From Clostridiales bacterium (GTDB lineage Bacteria; Bacillota; Clostridia; Ch29), in NCBI GenBank assembly GCA_012523075.1, contig JAAYJF010000075.1, positions 21,009 to 85,008 of the forward strand: a DNA stretch of 64,000 nucleotides, read 5' to 3'. The notes under the pieces were generated by a model. It was not told the DNA's origin. It was given only the letters and a program-made list of their open reading frames with translations, and did not search any database. Below, one piece after another: positions 63,798 to 64,000 of this stretch. The position numbers and the translations under genes are program-made. Every line of letters begins with the position of its first letter. The first letter of the stretch is position 1.

Positions 63798-64000
63798 GCA
63801 ATTATTTAGCATTTTCGGAAAGAACTCATGTATGTTAAGGTTTGCTGCCTGGTTTCCCGCCTACTCATAACGAGGATGGCGGGTGCACACCCAGGCTATT
63901 ATATGTTCCCATCTGAAAGAACGCTTATCGGTAAAGTAGCTCCGAAAACTGGGAAAATCGTACCAATGCATATTATCTGATTCTTGAGGAAACAGCGCGC

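Overview
This 64-kb window is the chromosomal replication-origin region of a sporulating Firmicute with about 50% GC, probably a clostridial or Peptococcaceae-like lineage.

The core is the conserved oriC gene array: rnpA-rpmH on the minus strand, then dnaA-dnaN-yaaA-recF-remB-gyrB-gyrA on the plus strand. DnaA-box clusters lie upstream of dnaA and between dnaA and dnaN, and the second cluster ends in an AT-rich unwinding element.

The left flank carries the minus-strand array yidD-yidC-jag-mnmE-mnmG-rsmG-noc-soj-spo0J. Two parS sites follow it, one overlapping the spo0J stop codon. Further left is the rpsF-ssb-rpsR / yybS-gdpP-rplI / Lon-like protease / dnaB-helicase block, then a tRNA cluster (Lys-Asp-Thr, minus strand), a dnaD-like/dnaI pair, a MATE efflux pump and a partial M1 peptidase at the window edge. 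Sporulation genes are present (yyaC, ytvI-like AI-2E permease, sspH, a SigB-like partner-switching module).

The right flank carries the RsbV/RsbW/sigma module, an ABC transporter operon (DUF3798-like lipoprotein, duplicated ATPase, two permeases) followed by a DUF4015 glycoside-hydrolase-like gene, a class II ribonucleotide reductase (nrdJ) with NrdR boxes, a P-type cation ATPase split by an in-frame TGA behind a structured leader, and an aminotransferase.

I see no CRISPR array, restriction-modification, toxin-antitoxin or other canonical defence system, and no obviously novel multi-gene system. The features worth a second look are:
- a composite dispersed intergenic repeat family (GTCATYCTGAGCGAAGCGAAGRATC-type units, four clear copies and one degenerate copy);
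- a four-box DnaA-box cluster outside oriC;
- the two parS sites;
- the interrupted ATPase and its leader;
- an unusual tRNA-operon spacer.

CDS boundaries follow the supplied ORF track; starts were re-picked by ribosome-binding site and homology. Coordinates I derived by hand (tRNAs, promoters, terminators, boxes) may be off by 1-2 nt.
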